Below are positions 58,637 through 64,000 of a stretch of DNA of 64,000 nucleotides, in pieces; within the stretch, counting starts at the first letter, position 1; the number at the start of each line of letters is the position of its first letter. This DNA is from the human T2T-CHM13v2.0 reference genome, Homo sapiens: assembly GCF_009914755.1 (NCBI RefSeq), contig NC_060942.1; one strand, given 5' to 3'. A model generated the notes under the pieces. The model did no database searches. It had not been told where the DNA came from and worked only from the letters and a program-made list of their open reading frames with translations. The position numbers and the translations under genes are program-made.

Positions 58637-58949
58637 GTAAGCTAATATTCTAACATACTTTGTTAAGCTTTCTCCTTTTTCATCATTATAAGTCCTATCA
58701 TAGAAGTACTACAGTTACTCCAACCATGTAGTCTATTAAATATATTAAATTTCTTATTTCTCACACTTACTTTATATTCATATTTTTATTCCAGTAAAAT
58801 GGATTGATTTAATCACTAGAAATCTGGATCAGTATTAATTCTGGGAATTACATTCAAATTTAAAAAAACAGTAAGTCTGATCTTTTAAGGAGATTTCTAC
58901 ACTTCTGGAGATTAATACAAAGAGTTATTTGAAGTTTTCCAGAGAAGTA

Positions 58950-59681
<732 letters not shown>

Positions 59682-60504
59682 AAACCTAAACATAACTGAT
59701 CAGATATGATTTCTCCTCAATCCATGCAGAAATACATAGCTTAACATTAAGTATAATCATGATGTCTACAACTATTTTTTTTTACTAATTTTAAGTATAT
59801 TTTATATATGCAACATTGTCTTTTTAGTTATTATTCTAACAATGTAATACTGTTTCTAGTTGCTATGTCATAATTTAGTTACATTGTTCCTGGTTTCTTT
59901 CATTTTTCTTCTCTCTCTTATTCTCTCTCTGCTGCTCTAATGATAATACTCTTTCCCACAGCTTTTGTTTTTATTTTTGGAATTATATTGTTAAATTTAT
60001 TTTTTAGTATGGGATTATGAGATTAAAAATTGTAATTGGTTTTCAGATTCTTTTTATATGTAGCTAAATTGCTTTAGAAAGATTGAAACAATTTTTATTG
60101 TACAGCTAGCAATGTATAAATGTATCCTTGAAGAATCATCAACATTAGGTTTTTCATTGTTCTTTTATTTTGCAAATAAGTATCACACAGTACTATAATA
60201 GTTGTTTTAATTTGTGTCTTATAATTAGTGATGAGGTTGAACTTTTTTTCCACCTATTGGTTTGCTGATTTCATTTCTCCTTTTGTAAACTATCTTTTGA
60301 CATGTACTCAAGTGGTTAAGAGTGTGCCTTCAGGAGCCAGAATTTTGGAGTTTAAATCCTGGCTTTGCTACTTCTTAGTTAATGCCTTGGGCAAACTATT
60401 TTCCTACTTTGCCTTTAATTTTTTTTTAATTTGTAAAATGAGCATCACAATAATATGAACTTCGTTGGCTCGCATTATAGAGTAAATGATTTAAGACATT
60501 TTAG

Positions 60505-60855
<351 letters not shown>

Positions 60856-61115
60856 AAATTTTACCATTTGTTTTTATAGAGATTTTTAATAAACTAATTA
60901 TGTATCCTATATATGTAAGTTTTAACTGATTAGCTTATAACAAAATTGCCCTATTTTGATTTCTTGAAATTTGTTAATGCAGGTTGCAAGGAAGTCCAAC
61001 ATTACATTATTCTACTTATTTTATTTGCTTCGATTTTCCTAATCATTAAAAACACATTCACCAAATACAAGGAACAGAACATTGTATACACAAAATTCCC
61101 AATTGTAGTTTTTAG

Positions 61116-61900
<785 letters not shown>

Positions 61901-61989
61901 GGCTCATTAAGGAAATAAAATAAAAGAGTCTTCCCTCTAAGGTATATTTACAACAGCTACTTTATACCTAGGTGTGAACTAGGACATTA

Positions 61990-63290
61990 GGAAATAGTCA
62001 AACCAATTTTGAACAAAAAGAACAAAGCTGGTGCCATCACACTACCTGAAATCAAAATATATTCAGAGATACAGTAACCAAAATAGCATGGTGCTTTTGT
62101 AAAAAGCAGACACATAGGCCGATGGAACAGAATAGAGAACCCAGAAATAAATCTACATACATTCAACTGATTTTCAGCAGAAATGTCAGAAACGTACATT
62201 GGAGAATGGACAGCCACTTCAATAAATGGAGCTGGGAAAACTGGATATGCAGAAAAAATGAAATGAAACCTCTGTCTCTCTCTCACCATATACAAAAATC
62301 TACTTAAAATGGACTAAAGACTTTAATGTATGATCCAAAACTATAAATCTACTAGAAGAAAATATAGAGGAAATGCTTTAGGACCTTGGGCTAGGCAAAT
62401 ATTTTTATGGATAAGACTTTAAAAGCACAGGCACCAAAAGCAAAATTAGGCAAATGAGATTATATCAAACTAAAAAGCTTCTGCACAGCCAAAGAAACAG
62501 TCAACAGAGTGAAGAGTCCATCTGCAAAATGAGAGAAAATATTTGCAAAATATTCATTTGACAAGGGATTAATATCTGGAATGTACGAGGAACTCAAAGA
62601 ACTGAAAACCAAACAAACCCAAATAATCTTCCTAAAAAATGGGCAAATGAACTGAATAGACATTTTGCAAAAGAAGAAATACAAATGGCCAACATGTATA
62701 TGAAAACATGTTCAACATCACTAATCATCAGATAAATGCTAATCAAAACCACAGTGATGTCATCTCACCTCAGAATGGCTATTATCAAAAAGACAAAAAA
62801 TAACAAATGCTGGCAAGGATACAGAGAAAGGGGAACTCCCATACGCTGTTGGTGGAAATGTAAATTAATACAGACATTATGGAAAATAGTATGGAGGTTC
62901 CTCAGAAAACTATTATAGAAGTAGAACTATCCTCTAATCCCACAATCCCACTACTGGTTATGCATCATCCAAAGGTAAAGAAATCAGTATATCCAAGAGA
63001 TGTATGCACCCCTGTGTTTATCACAGCAGTATTCACAATAGGGAAGATATACAACCAGCCTAAGCATTCATCAACAGATAAATGGATAAAGAAAATGTGG
63101 TATAGATACACAATTGAATACTACTTAGCCATAAAAAAGAATGAAATTCTGTCATTCGTTATAACGTGAATGAGCCTGGAGGACATTGTGTTATGTAAAA
63201 TAAGTCATGCAAAGGAAGACAAATACTGCATGTCCTTATTCATATGTGGACACTAAAAAAGTTGTGTTTGTAGAAATAGAGAATAGCATA
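61990..63290 (+). mobile_element. L1 (L1PB/L1MA) ORF2 3' end and 3'UTR
   Basis: Peptides CTPVFITAVFTI and DKWIKKMW. Confidence 0.88.
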
Positions 63291-63444
63291 CTGTGTGTGT
63301 ATATATATTTTATATATATAATAATGTGTGTGTATATTTTATATATATTATATATAAAATATATATACAATATATATACAGTGTGTGTGCATATATTGTA
63401 TATAATATATACACATACAGAGTATGCTACTCTATATAGATTTT

Positions 63445-64000
63445 GTTGTTGTTTTTTTGAGACAGGATCTCACTCTGTCACCCAGGCTGGAGTGCAGTGG
63501 CATGATCTCGTCTCACTGAAGCCTCAACCTCCCAGGCTCAAGTGATTCTCCTACCTCAGCCTCCCCAGTAGCTGGTACCACAGATGCACACCACCATGCC
63601 TGGCTAATTTTTTATTTTTGTAGAGACAGGGTTTCCCTATGTTGCCCAGGCTGGTCACGAACTGCTGGGCTCAAGCGATCTGCCTGCCTTGCCCTCCCAA
63701 AGTGGTGGGATTACAGGCGTGAGCCACTGCATCCAACCTAAAAATAAATATATATATTTTAAAATACATATAATAAAATTGGAAAATAAGAAAATAGATA
63801 TGATACATAGGCAAGACCAGGAAGAAGGCTGATGTAAAGCTATTTCAAGCCACAGTTACATACAGTTATATACAGCCACAGAATTATTTATAGTATATGA
63901 AGTTGCCTAAAAATTTAGTCCTTAGACCGGGCGCGGTGGCTCATACCTATAATCCCAGCACTTTGGGAGGCCAGGGCAGGCAGATCCCCTGAGGTCAGGA
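63445..64000. mobile_element. AluJ (-, 63445-63740) and start of an Alu (+, 63926-end)
   Basis: Alu consensus matches. Confidence 0.88.

Overview
Primate (human or great-ape) genomic DNA, not prokaryotic. The only protein-coding gene visible is the 5' part of PSMA8 (spermatoproteasome subunit alpha4s) on the + strand. It has a CpG-island promoter near 40.3-40.8 kb and coding exons 1-3 at 40616-40717, 51213-51339 and 58494/58512-58636. Most of the rest is interspersed repeat: about 40 Alus, several L1s, MER51, MST, MLT1 and MLT2 LTRs, Charlie, Tigger4 and MER6 DNA transposons, L2 and MIR. There are two processed pseudogenes with target-site duplications (RPS24 +, TMSB4X -). I found no convincing new biological system. 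The best leads are an Asp-to-Gly codon in a conserved PSMA8 motif, tandem exon-3 acceptors, a sense MLT2A LTR with a DUX4-like site, TATA box and splice donor upstream of PSMA8, a deeply nested transposon stack, an unexplained non-repetitive insert inside an L1, and several local rearrangement scars. Repeat subfamily names and boundaries were assigned by eye and from memory of consensus sequences, so they are approximate.
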